A stretch of 51,230 nucleotides of DNA, taken from positions 1-51,230 of the forward strand of contig CBDURU010000014.1 of NCBI GenBank assembly GCA_965369865.1. The letters are read 5' to 3'. Positions 18,692 to 28,021 of this stretch are shown here, piece after piece. The notes under the pieces are model-generated. The model ran no database searches. It saw only the letters and a list, made by a program, of their open reading frames with translations, and had not been told where the DNA came from. The DNA is from an uncultured bacterium (GTDB taxonomy: Bacteria; JAJVIF01; JAPKYR01). The position numbers and the translations under genes were made by a program. The stretch's first letter is position 1, and each line of letters opens with the position of its first letter.

Positions 18692-20362
18692 ATGAAATTT
18701 ACCCTGGGAAAAACTGGAATATTTAAAAAGATAACGGTCAGGAATTTAACCCGTGACCAGGATGGTTTAAGCCTGCTGGAAGTCATTATTTCTACATTAG
18801 TCCTTGGAGTTGCCATAGCCGGATTCCTGATGGCCCTATCCACAGCATCTACGACATCCACCATTGCCAGGAATGAAAGTACACTTGTATATCTTGCCAC
18901 TCGTGAGTTCGAAGCTCTGAGGAACGCAAATTTCGAGGACCTGTCATTTTTCCAGACCGATACCCCGGGAAATTTACAGGAGGTTCCGGATTACTTCAGG
19001 GACCTGGCAATCAGCGAGGAGTTAGGCGGTAATGTCTATGTGGTTGCATCGGGAGACCTGCAAACATCGTACTCATATTATTCAAGGCATGCCGCATTTG
19101 ACGGAAAACGTGCACATTTCAACCAGGGAGCAACACCCACTCGGTGGATGGGGGCGAACAACAGTCTCGGGTGGGATGATGAAGGCGGCGGACCCATAAT
19201 CGGCGATCCGTTCGGTGGCGGCGGTCCGAATATCGGTGATCCTGGCGGTGATCCGATTATCGACGATCCCGGTGAAATAGCCCCGGATGATTACCAGTAT
19301 ATTTTCTGCTCGTTCCCAACGAAGACGAAAATTTCGCGTATCCTGTACGATAACCGCTTTAATGTCAGCGAGAAAATGGCGGTACCGTCCGACCATATGG
19401 ACTACCTTCCCCACCTCGAGGATACATGGCAGAGGAATTTCGATTTCTTCTATTCACCGGATGCTCTTGAGTATGGAGAGATTTACGAACCCTGGAAGCG
19501 TAATGTTACCCCGCTGGAGTTTTTCAAGGACCAGGGTTACGGGTCATCCGATATCTGGATGGTTTTCAACAATCCTGTGGAGCCGTTGGAGTGCGGTGTT
19601 CTCGGAGTTCACAATATCGATACGTACACCGACTACGATGCGTCATTTCATTACCCGTATATAAGTGAAATCGAGGTTTACGGGTACAGCAATGCCACTA
19701 ATTATGTAGAGGAGTGGAGGACCGAAGCAGGCGAGCATGAGTACAACAATGTAATAATGTACTTCCCGGACTACCTGGGATCCGGATTTGATCTTGCGCG
19801 GCGGACTTATATCGATGCGACCAGCCTTGGTGACGCAATTCAGCAGCGCAAGGAACTCGTGCATGTGGTGATCGAATTTTATCCGGCAACAAATTCATCC
19901 AGGATCTCAACATGGCAGCGGTTAACCTGGTGGCAGGATGACACAAGTGAACTGGCAAGGTTCCAGACGAGTTTTTACCGGGATACGCCGACACGTGTCG
20001 ACAGGCTGCCAAATCTGGATGACTATCCAGAGCACAAAATTTACGATAACAATGAGGACATCCTGTTCCCGTTCACCGTACCCGGCGCGTCTGAAATTCG
20101 AGCCAAGTTCGGCGATTTCGATCTCGAACCGGGACCGGGAACCGACTGGGTCACGGTTGAAGATGCCGACGGCAATGTGTATATGGGTCCGCTCTCGGGA
20201 AACGCAGGTTTAAACTTATTTACACCCTGGATTCCCGGTGACACGATAGTTCTGCATTTCGTGTCCAACCCACAGAATAGCAGCTATGATATGTTTTACC
20301 GGGGATTTGAAGTTGCGCGGATCGAAGTCAGATGGATTGGGGTCGACAGCTTGAATCAGTAA
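18692..20362 (+). CDS. Large PilV-like minor pilin with a discoidin (F5/8)-like and a C-terminal CUB-like domain
   Basis: DG|LSLLEVII prepilin motif; AAFDG...RW and ISEIEVYG; GASEIRAKFGDFDLE...WIPGDTIVLHFVS...GFEV; ATG 18692 preferred over TTG 18656. Confidence 0.8.
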   Translation: MKFTLGKTGIFKKITVRNLTRDQDGLSLLEVIISTLVLGVAIAGFLMALSTASTTSTIARNESTLVYLATREFEALRNANFEDLSFFQTDTPGNLQEVPDYFRDLAISEELGGNVYVVASGDLQTSYSYYSRHAAFDGKRAHFNQGATPTRWMGANNSLGWDDEGGGPIIGDPFGGGGPNIGDPGGDPIIDDPGEIAPDDYQYIFCSFPTKTKISRILYDNRFNVSEKMAVPSDHMDYLPHLEDTWQRNFDFFYSPDALEYGEIYEPWKRNVTPLEFFKDQGYGSSDIWMVFNNPVEPLECGVLGVHNIDTYTDYDASFHYPYISEIEVYGYSNATNYVEEWRTEAGEHEYNNVIMYFPDYLGSGFDLARRTYIDATSLGDAIQQRKELVHVVIEFYPATNSSRISTWQRLTWWQDDTSELARFQTSFYRDTPTRVDRLPNLDDYPEHKIYDNNEDILFPFTVPGASEIRAKFGDFDLEPGPGTDWVTVEDADGNVYMGPLSGNAGLNLFTPWIPGDTIVLHFVSNPQNSSYDMFYRGFEVARIEVRWIGVDSLNQ

Positions 20363-20374
20363 ACCGGCGAACAA

Positions 20375-21031
20375 ATGCATTTATATCGAAAAATACTGAA
20401 CCGATCTCGTCAAAAGGGCTTCACGCTGATTGAGGCTCTGCTCGTGGTCGGGCTGACAACCTTGATTGCCGTAGGGATCGTTGCCGTTTTCCTTGAGGGG
20501 ATCGATACCCTGCACATTATCACCGATACCCAGTCAGTTGAATTCGGCCACCAGAGGGCATTGACTCTTTTCCTCAACGATGTTCACTCGGCAACGTGGT
20601 TCTACAACGGAACCCAGAAGCTGTCAGACGGAACGGAAGTGCCTCGGGAAACCGCGACATCTTTCTCGCTGACCTTTGGGTATCCTGGACCCGATAGTGA
20701 TGAAATCTGGGTTCGATACCATATCAAGTATGGGGTATTCACCGGCGAATCGTACTTAACCAGAACGGTGCTTACGGCAAGCGGACACGATCAGGGAACA
20801 TCGATCGTATCGACCGGAGTCGCGAATCTCGAATTCAATTTTTTCAAAGACGATGGTACTTTTACCGACAGGCTTAACCAGATCCAGAAGGTTCAAATGG
20901 TCCTGAGTTTAAACACCGGCGGGACAACCGTTCAGAGAGAATATGAGGCGTCATTGAGAAACCGGAACCAGGGAGTACGCACGCCGCCAGGGGATTTTGA
21001 CGAACTGGAAACCCTGTTGTTTAAGAAATAA
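20375..21031 (+). CDS. PilW/PulJ-like minor pilin
   Basis: KG|FTLIEALL; beta-rich body with GVANLEFNFF...KVQMVLSL...LRN end typical of PilW/GspJ. Confidence 0.8.
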   Translation: MHLYRKILNRSRQKGFTLIEALLVVGLTTLIAVGIVAVFLEGIDTLHIITDTQSVEFGHQRALTLFLNDVHSATWFYNGTQKLSDGTEVPRETATSFSLTFGYPGPDSDEIWVRYHIKYGVFTGESYLTRTVLTASGHDQGTSIVSTGVANLEFNFFKDDGTFTDRLNQIQKVQMVLSLNTGGTTVQREYEASLRNRNQGVRTPPGDFDELETLLFKK

Positions 21032-21058
21032 CGTATTGATCCGATAGCGAAAAAAAAT

Positions 21059-21583
21059 ATGAAGTTTGAGGGTTTACATAATGAGCCGATAAAATTACCT
21101 GAGCCGCGGAATCAGACAGGATATACGCTGCTTGAAATCCTCGGTGTAACGGTGCTGGCGGTCATAGTGATAATGATGGCCCAGGGCATGATAAGCAACT
21201 ACCGGCGTTACACGGTTGAGGAAATAGCGGTTCAGAGGCTTAAGGAGATCGCCAGGCTTGAGCATGCGTTCAGGTATTCAAACGATCCGACGGTAAATCC
21301 TGAAAGAACATACGGGACCTATTTCGATCTGCAAAACGCAGGATATATACCCGAGATTTATGCTCAGTCGGATGAACGGCGTCACACGATCGACGCTTAT
21401 ATTCCGAACTATCGGTTGGAATTCATGTTAAACTCTGAAGAGCCCGATGCTGAACCGGATGAGTACCAGTTCCTTGTGGTGGCTATTCCACTCTATAACA
21501 CGTTGGGCTTGAAGACATTTTACGTTCAGGAAGACGGCGAGGTTTATTTTCCCGACAGGCTTATCTTCCTGCAACCCCGTTAA
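21059..21583 (+). CDS. Type IV pilin-like protein 1
   Basis: TG|YTLLEIL plus hydrophobic helix; C-terminal AIP...LKTFYVQEDG. Confidence 0.85.
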   Translation: MKFEGLHNEPIKLPEPRNQTGYTLLEILGVTVLAVIVIMMAQGMISNYRRYTVEEIAVQRLKEIARLEHAFRYSNDPTVNPERTYGTYFDLQNAGYIPEIYAQSDERRHTIDAYIPNYRLEFMLNSEEPDAEPDEYQFLVVAIPLYNTLGLKTFYVQEDGEVYFPDRLIFLQPR

Positions 21584-21599
21584 GTACGGAGGACATATA

Positions 21600-22100
21600 T
21601 TGATGTTAGGCATGAAACGAAATCGCGATCAACATGGATTCACCCTGATGGAGGTGCTGATCGTTGCCACCATAATCGGCATCCTGCTCTCCGTTGGGAC
21701 GGTCCAGTACCTTGAAGTCAAGCGTCGGGCGAAAGAAAAACTTGCCGTTCAAAAATTGTCGCAGTTAGCGATATATGAAACATTTTATTTCCGTACTTAC
21801 GGTTCCTATGCCGACTGGGACGAACTTCGGCTGGAAGGCTATATCAACTGGGATTACATAGAACAGAGTGATAATCTTACCCACTACGACCGGCCGGTCT
21901 ACATACCGGAATACACTATAGAATTTGAGTTAGACCTTGAAGAAGGGGGATTCAGAATTACCGCCAAACCGGTGTTGGACCAAGCGCACTTATGGTATCC
22001 GCGGTGGGTTATCCTCGGCGGCATCGACGATCTGAGAAGCATATATGTCGAGCGGGACGGTGTGGTGAGGTGGCTGGAGACCGATCGGGCGGTATACTAG
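21600..22100 (+). CDS. Type IV pilin-like protein 2
   Basis: HG|FTLMEVL; AKP...RSIYVERDG; RBS ggagg. Confidence 0.88.
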   Translation: MMLGMKRNRDQHGFTLMEVLIVATIIGILLSVGTVQYLEVKRRAKEKLAVQKLSQLAIYETFYFRTYGSYADWDELRLEGYINWDYIEQSDNLTHYDRPVYIPEYTIEFELDLEEGGFRITAKPVLDQAHLWYPRWVILGGIDDLRSIYVERDGVVRWLETDRAVY

Positions 22101-22109
22101 TATGCTGTT

Positions 22110-22640
22110 ATGAAAACTGTCATGCATGAGATAGAACAACAGAAGGGCTGGACTTTAATCGAGATCCTCTCCGTTTGTATAATGATGGTACTCATTCTGT
22201 CATTCGCCCTTCCGTCATACATGCAGGCAAGAAAAATCGCCTACGAGGGCAACGCAATTACGAGGCTTCACAGGATATCACATGCCGAGAACCGGCACTT
22301 TAACGAGTTCGGCAGGTTCGGGAACTTCGAGGAACTGGTCGAACAATCCTACCTGCCAGGGGGATATTCAACACATTTTGCATTTACCAGGGACATCATG
22401 ACAGAATCGAGCATAGTGCCTTTCGTAGATCGATATTCGCTGGTCTTTCATATACCGAATAGCGCGAACTCGCTATACTACAAGATAGACGCGATCCCAG
22501 TGGGATATAACAGGATGGGCCTGAGGACGTTTAATATCAACCTGTTCATTACCGGACAGCTTAATCCGGACCATATTCTTCAAAACCCGCCGGTACGGGA
22601 AGGCCTGGACACGGAGGGCGCGATCGTGGTTAATCGTTAA
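22110..22640 (+). CDS. Type IV pilin-like protein 3
   Basis: KG|WTLIEIL...ALPSY; AIP...GLRTF. Confidence 0.85.
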   Translation: MKTVMHEIEQQKGWTLIEILSVCIMMVLILSFALPSYMQARKIAYEGNAITRLHRISHAENRHFNEFGRFGNFEELVEQSYLPGGYSTHFAFTRDIMTESSIVPFVDRYSLVFHIPNSANSLYYKIDAIPVGYNRMGLRTFNINLFITGQLNPDHILQNPPVREGLDTEGAIVVNR

Positions 22641-22674
22641 GCGGTTATGTTTAACCGTAATTCTAGAGAGAACT

Positions 22675-23184
22675 TTGGAACAGCCTATGAGAGAGTCTCC
22701 TGAAAATAGAAAGCCCGATAAGCCCGGCAAACGCTGTAAGGCAACGGGTTACACGATGGTAGAGATCATGCTCGCAGTCGGGTTAATTACGATCATAGCG
22801 GTGATGGCGATCCCGAATCTCCAGCATGCCAGGCGTAACGCTCTTGAAACCGCGGCCATACAGGGTCTCAAGGAACTCTCGCAGGCCGAGGAACTTTATT
22901 ACGACATCTACGGTTTCTATACCGACGGGCACGACCAGGTCCAGGACCTGAGATCAGTTGATGCGATCGATTCGAAAGCGTACCAGAGAATGAGTCTCAG
23001 GCGGGGAGTATTTATTAAAGGTTACTCGATAAATTTCATAAACACCGGAACTTTCCCGCAGAACTACTCGATAATCGCATGGCCGCTTGAGCGCGGGATG
23101 GATCTCAAGACATTTATGATAATCAGCGACGGTATAGTCCGAGAGTACGATGATGTATGGAACCGTCCGGTTACGATTTACTGA
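22675..23184 (+). CDS. Type IV pilin-like protein 4
   Basis: TG|YTMVEIM...AIPNL; AWP...LKTFMIISDG. Confidence 0.88.
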   Translation: MEQPMRESPENRKPDKPGKRCKATGYTMVEIMLAVGLITIIAVMAIPNLQHARRNALETAAIQGLKELSQAEELYYDIYGFYTDGHDQVQDLRSVDAIDSKAYQRMSLRRGVFIKGYSINFINTGTFPQNYSIIAWPLERGMDLKTFMIISDGIVREYDDVWNRPVTIY

Positions 23185-23212
23185 AAGCCAAAAGTGAAAG
23201 TCAGGTTTCGGG

Positions 23213-23752
23213 ATGATAGAGATGAAGAAAATAATATACAGGCTCCAGAGAGGATTCACGCTCCTTGAAGTCATAACGGTGGTCGGGATTATCGCGATCC
23301 TGACGGTAATGGCGATCCCCGCCGCGCGAAAGGTGGAAAAAGCTGTCAAGGAGACAGGCTGCATAAAGGGCCTGCATGTGATCCAGGAAGCCATGGAGAT
23401 GTACTATCGGGAGACGGGTTTTTACCCAGTCCACACGGAGGAGCCATCGCGGCTGTTCTTCCGTGAACTCGACCGTTACCTTCCCGATACCTACTACATC
23501 CGTCACGCAGAAAACCAGTTCATACCGGGTTACCGGCTACTTGCGTACGGGATTCCACCGGAAGGCAAGGGCGGCGAAACGGGAACAGGCGGTTTCGGCG
23601 GATGGGGTGGATCAACGACAGTGGATAGATATGGGAGCCATATGTATGTACTAATGGCGATACCGATCGAGAGACATCTCGGTTTGAGAACATTCTACCT
23701 GGATCCGGGCGGCGTAATAACCACCGATGAAGACAGGCGAACGCCATATTAA
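23213..23752 (+). CDS. Type IV pilin-like protein 5 (Gly-rich loop)
   Basis: RG|FTLLEVI...AIP; GKGGETGTGGFGGWGG insert; AIP...LRTFYLDPGG. Confidence 0.9.
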   Translation: MIEMKKIIYRLQRGFTLLEVITVVGIIAILTVMAIPAARKVEKAVKETGCIKGLHVIQEAMEMYYRETGFYPVHTEEPSRLFFRELDRYLPDTYYIRHAENQFIPGYRLLAYGIPPEGKGGETGTGGFGGWGGSTTVDRYGSHMYVLMAIPIERHLGLRTFYLDPGGVITTDEDRRTPY

Positions 23753-23795
23753 TAATAATAAATAGAAAATGAACGCGAATTAGCGGAGAAACGCT

Positions 23796-24299
23796 ATGCA
23801 AGAAGATATGAAAGATAAATACCCGGTCGATGAAACCTGTGAACCGGACGAGACGGGAGAAGGACGAGGATTTACACTTCTCGAAACTCTCCTCGTGGTA
23901 TCGATCATCACGGTTATCGTGGCCATGGCCCTGCCCCAGTTGACCGGAATAAAACGGTCGGCATACGAACTGGGCGCGATGAAAGCGCTCAACGCACTCG
24001 GGTCCGCCGAGCTTGCGTACCGGAACATACACCGGCATTTCACATCCTTTGAAGGGCTCAGGTCGCGAGGATTTGTGAATGAACGGCTGCGGAAATTCGG
24101 GCCTACCGACCGTGAACGAATGGCGAAACATTATTCGATAAATTATTACGTCATGGATAGTTTCAAGGATTTCACGTACGGGTTCCAGTTTATCGCGTTC
24201 CCCGACAGGGGGAACTCGTACAACCTGCATACGTTCAGAATCCTTTCAGATGGAACGATCGAGCAGACAAGGGACGGATTGAACTGGGTCCCGCGATAA
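23796..24299 (+). CDS. Type IV pilin-like protein 6
   Basis: RG|FTLLETL...ALP; AFP...LHTFRILSDG. Confidence 0.88.
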   Translation: MQEDMKDKYPVDETCEPDETGEGRGFTLLETLLVVSIITVIVAMALPQLTGIKRSAYELGAMKALNALGSAELAYRNIHRHFTSFEGLRSRGFVNERLRKFGPTDRERMAKHYSINYYVMDSFKDFTYGFQFIAFPDRGNSYNLHTFRILSDGTIEQTRDGLNWVPR

Positions 24300-24344
24300 C
24301 AATGATTAGCCCGGCGTTGTTGAAAGAATCAGTCAATTACAGGT

Positions 24345-24851
24345 GTGAATATGGAAGATGAAAAAAGAAAACCGGAAGAGGCGAAAAAGAAAAAGGAATC
24401 GGGCTTTACGCTTGTTGAAGTACTCACCGTAGCGTTGATAATCGCGCTGATAGTCACTTTCGGTTTCGCATCGTTCAGGAAAGCGCGACAGCGTGCGATC
24501 GAAACCCAGGGGATACACGCGATGAAAGCGCTCGCATCGGCGATGGAAGCGCACTACAACGATAACGGTTTCTACCCTCTTTCTTTCTCGGGACTTCAGC
24601 CATCATATATTAATCCTTATTACGTGTTATCCGATTCACCGGTCAAGGAACGATCGATTGCCTTTATCCAGGGATTCACCTGCTTCTGGACCGTGAATCC
24701 GTTTAACCCGCAGAGGTATTCGATCAGGGCGAAGGGAATCTATCGTCATGACTGGAGAATAAGCGACTGGATAGAGTTAAGAATTACCGACCGCGGTGTA
24801 ATTGAGGGCCGACGTTACTCGGCCGGGCGATCGGAATTCCGACCGTTATAG
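24345..24851 (+). CDS. Type IV pilin-like protein 7
   Basis: SG|FTLVEVL; YSIRA...ITDRG. Confidence 0.88.
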   Translation: MNMEDEKRKPEEAKKKKESGFTLVEVLTVALIIALIVTFGFASFRKARQRAIETQGIHAMKALASAMEAHYNDNGFYPLSFSGLQPSYINPYYVLSDSPVKERSIAFIQGFTCFWTVNPFNPQRYSIRAKGIYRHDWRISDWIELRITDRGVIEGRRYSAGRSEFRPL

Positions 24852-24926
24852 ACATAGAAATTTACAGGAATTGGAAGACAAAGAAAATACTGACAAGGTC
24901 CACTGGGTCCGGGCAGGTAAAAAAAA

Positions 24927-25424
24927 ATGAAATTGACAGGAATAAAAAAACATACCAGGAGAAGGGCCGGAAAGAGGTCTGAAGCCGGTTTCACGCTGAT
25001 GGAAATGGTGCTGGTGGCGACCCTGATCGCGATCCTTTCCACCATGGCTATCTCAAGCATGTCGATGGCCAGGTACAAGGCCATGGAGACCGGGGCCGCC
25101 CAGGCTCTAAAAGCGCTTGCACAGGCGGAGGAGATGTACCAGATCGACAACGGCCGGTACGCTCTCAGCTTCTCATCCCTGGCAAACACCTACCTTCCCA
25201 GGGCCTACTCTGTGAACGATGCATACAACGTTTTCGCGAAGAATTACTCACTCTACTGGATACATTTCGGAAGGGGCGGCCCGCGTCCCCCGATCTCGAA
25301 TTATTCATCACTCGGTTACACAATCTATGCAATTCCAATCGATCACCGACTGAAAACGTTTGTAATTACCGACGGTGGCACGGTACAGGTCGCGAACACC
25401 CTGACAAACTGGTCGCCTTATTAA
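24927..25424 (+). CDS. Type IV pilin-like protein 8
   Basis: AG|FTLMEMV; AIP...LKTFVITDGG. Confidence 0.9.
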   Translation: MKLTGIKKHTRRRAGKRSEAGFTLMEMVLVATLIAILSTMAISSMSMARYKAMETGAAQALKALAQAEEMYQIDNGRYALSFSSLANTYLPRAYSVNDAYNVFAKNYSLYWIHFGRGGPRPPISNYSSLGYTIYAIPIDHRLKTFVITDGGTVQVANTLTNWSPY

Positions 25425-25436
25425 ATCTGTAAATAA

Positions 25437-25931
25437 GTGGGCGAGGAACAGGAAACGATGTTTAAATTTTACAAAAAGAAAAAAGATAAGCGCAATCGCG
25501 AGTCGGGATTTACACTTGTAGAGGTGCTAACGGTTGCGACAATTATCGGCATCCTCGCGACCATGGCGGTTGTGAGTATGCGCGGCGGTCGGAGGGTTGC
25601 TTTCGAAACCCGGGCGATCGCGGCGGTGAAAAACATTGCCGAAAACGAAATAATGTACTACCAGCGATACATGCAGTACGGCACCTGGGGGCAACTGGTA
25701 CAGGAAGGGGATCTTATCGATCCCGGTTACGACAACTCAGACGATCTCGATACACCTTATGACACGCCGATCGCGAACATGTACTCATGCGTTGTATTAG
25801 TCACATACGAGGGTCAGGCATTTACCGCTTTCGCGTACCCCAGGGCAAATATGATCTGGCACATGAGGACATTCGCGGTCATGAGCGATGGAAGTTTAAT
25901 GAATTCAGACGATCATCCCGGATTTTTCTAG
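25437..25931 (+). CDS. Type IV pilin-like protein 9
   Basis: SG|FTLVEVL; AYP...MRTFAVMSDG; start may be ATG 25458. Confidence 0.88.
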   Translation: MGEEQETMFKFYKKKKDKRNRESGFTLVEVLTVATIIGILATMAVVSMRGGRRVAFETRAIAAVKNIAENEIMYYQRYMQYGTWGQLVQEGDLIDPGYDNSDDLDTPYDTPIANMYSCVVLVTYEGQAFTAFAYPRANMIWHMRTFAVMSDGSLMNSDDHPGFF

Positions 25932-26057
25932 AGGGTATTTTTTAAGTCCGGATAAAGTGAATGATTTGGTTTCGGGAAAAAATAGAAACACGAGAGTTTC
26001 AAAATATATAAAACCTGTAACCCGGCACGAGTTGTCGGGAAGCGGAGGTTAAACGTA

Positions 26058-26510
26058 ATGATGAAATCCCTTAAGTCGAAGGAAAACAATAACAGGGGAT
26101 TTACCCTGATCGAGGTACTGGTGGTGGCAAGTATCATAGGCATACTGGCAGCCATAGCGATCCCATCGCTGGCGGGTTCGAAGAGGACCGCCCTCGAAGC
26201 GGCATGTGTGAAATCTTTAAGAAGTATCACAGATGCCGAAGAGATGTACTATCGCGATAACTTCCAGTACACCTCGAACTGGACTTCGCTCGATGATTAC
26301 CTGCCGAGTGCGTTCTCGGGCTGGGAAAGGAAATGGTTTTTCATAGATTCCTATTCACTCAACATGGTGACATATTCATCCGCGCAGCGTTACTCGGTGG
26401 TCGCATGGCCAACCGATAATCAGCAGTTAAACCTCTCAACGTATGCGATCATGGACGACGCGATACCATTAATCTACGACGATTCCAGCGCTGGTTTTGA
26501 ACCGAGGTAA
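26058..26510 (+). CDS. Type IV pilin-like protein 10 (most canonical N-terminus)
   Basis: RG|FTLIEVLVVASIIGILAAIAIP; RBS ggagg; AWP...LSTYAI. Confidence 0.92.
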   Translation: MMKSLKSKENNNRGFTLIEVLVVASIIGILAAIAIPSLAGSKRTALEAACVKSLRSITDAEEMYYRDNFQYTSNWTSLDDYLPSAFSGWERKWFFIDSYSLNMVTYSSAQRYSVVAWPTDNQQLNLSTYAIMDDAIPLIYDDSSAGFEPR

Positions 26511-26530
26511 GTACTTTACCGAAATTACTC

Positions 26531-27127
26531 ATGGATTTTCGATTAGGAAAATTGGAAAAAGTGCAGAAGGGATACTCACTGATTGAAGTGCTTATTGTTA
26601 CTTCATTGATTGTTATACTGGCTACGATCCCTGTTGCCCTTTTAAGACGAAGTCGTGACAAGGTCTTTGAACTTGAAGCCCTAAGGGCATTGCGGATGAT
26701 GTCGCTGGCGTACGAGAATTACTATTCGCAGAACGATTTGCAATATCCTAACTTTCAAACGAGCAGGGAAATTACATTCGACAATCGGTTTCGCGACGCT
26801 GAGGCGATATGGGATATGTTCCACCGGGAAGGACTTCTTCCCAGCCAGTATTCCGGACACCCGCACAACCAAATGGATCTTTTGGCGAAGGGTTACCAGT
26901 TCTCGATTTTTCCATCGGATTTCGGTACTCCCCAAAATACCCGTGTTGACCATACTTATGCATTTGCGATGGTCGCTTATGAGGGAAGTATCGCGAACCG
27001 TCACCTTGCAATGGTCCAGGGAAGAAAGTTTTTTACGAGCTACCCGTCGGCAATTCCGAGGGAAATGGGTGAAATGAGTCTGCTGAGCCTAACGGTTTAT
27101 GTTGTACCGAATGAAGTAGACAGGTAA
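26531..27127 (+). CDS. Type IV pilin-like protein 11
   Basis: KG|YSLIEVL; EALRAL...AYENYY. Confidence 0.85.
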   Translation: MDFRLGKLEKVQKGYSLIEVLIVTSLIVILATIPVALLRRSRDKVFELEALRALRMMSLAYENYYSQNDLQYPNFQTSREITFDNRFRDAEAIWDMFHREGLLPSQYSGHPHNQMDLLAKGYQFSIFPSDFGTPQNTRVDHTYAFAMVAYEGSIANRHLAMVQGRKFFTSYPSAIPREMGEMSLLSLTVYVVPNEVDR

Positions 27128-27156
27128 AAATTCGATCAGACCAGAGGATATTAAGT

Positions 27157-27756
27157 TTGATAAAGAAATACGGGAAAAGTCTGCCGAGGCGAAGGATATC
27201 AGGTTATACGCTGGTCGAGGTACTAACGGTATCAGCGATAATCTCGATTCTTGCCGGTATTTCATTTGCACTACTATCCCGTATGCGCAGCCAGGTAATA
27301 GAGACCAACGCAATGGCGGCGTTAAATATGATAGCGACAGGCTACGAGATGTATTATCACCGACATAACAGTTATCCCCAGTGGGGACCCGAAGAAAGGT
27401 TCGAAACACCGAATGCTCTTTGGGATTTCCTGACCGAGAAAGATTATATTCCTGAATCATATGGAGAATACCGTTACCATGCGGCGTCAGGATATATAAT
27501 CGGAATAACAGAAGATTATGCACTTGAGATACCGATGTACAACGCGGAAGATGTCACGACGAGTGCTGAAAATTCATTTTTTATCGTGCTTCATCCGCTG
27601 AATTTTCAGAGAGATGCCCTGGCCATCGGGATTAACCCAAATCCGGCTGATTTTGTGGACGGCTGGGTGGCTGTACGGCCAAGGAAGGGAAAGGTTTCTG
27701 AAAATTTCAGGATTTACAGGCTTTACATACAACATCGCGGTGGGGCGGTAGAATAG
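27157..27756 (+). CDS. Type IV pilin-like protein 12
   Basis: SG|YTLVEVL; ETNAMAAL...GYEMYY. Confidence 0.85.
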   Translation: MIKKYGKSLPRRRISGYTLVEVLTVSAIISILAGISFALLSRMRSQVIETNAMAALNMIATGYEMYYHRHNSYPQWGPEERFETPNALWDFLTEKDYIPESYGEYRYHAASGYIIGITEDYALEIPMYNAEDVTTSAENSFFIVLHPLNFQRDALAIGINPNPADFVDGWVAVRPRKGKVSENFRIYRLYIQHRGGAVE

Positions 27757-27869
27757 GACAAACCCGCTGCTGGAGCCATGTAATGGAGATGGGCTCAGGA
27801 TTTCAGGAAAACCGATTTTCGAACCGTTTGAATGAGAAAAAACGGTGGGTTGTTACGCAATCAACCTGC

Positions 27870-27898
27870 TTGACTTGCTTTTACTTATATAGTATTGT
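27870..27898 (+). promoter_or_regulatory. Putative sigma70 promoter for pilMNOPQ
   Basis: TTGACT-N17-TATTGT, about 125 nt upstream of pilM. Confidence 0.55.
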
Positions 27899-28021
27899 GG
27901 CGTCGACCGGGGTGGGCGAATGAAGTCCAGTGTGGCGTTTTACCCTTGTCAGGGTTAAACGTTTTTTAATTTTTTGCTATTGATCCCCGGCATAGAGAGC
28001 TGCAAGAAAGAGGATAGTTAG

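Noticed and set aside
21059..27756. Neisseria-style silent pilin cassettes, shufflon or integron array
   Set aside because: All genes have intact leaders and N-termini and the same orientation; spacers share no repeat or attC-like site; no recombinase nearby
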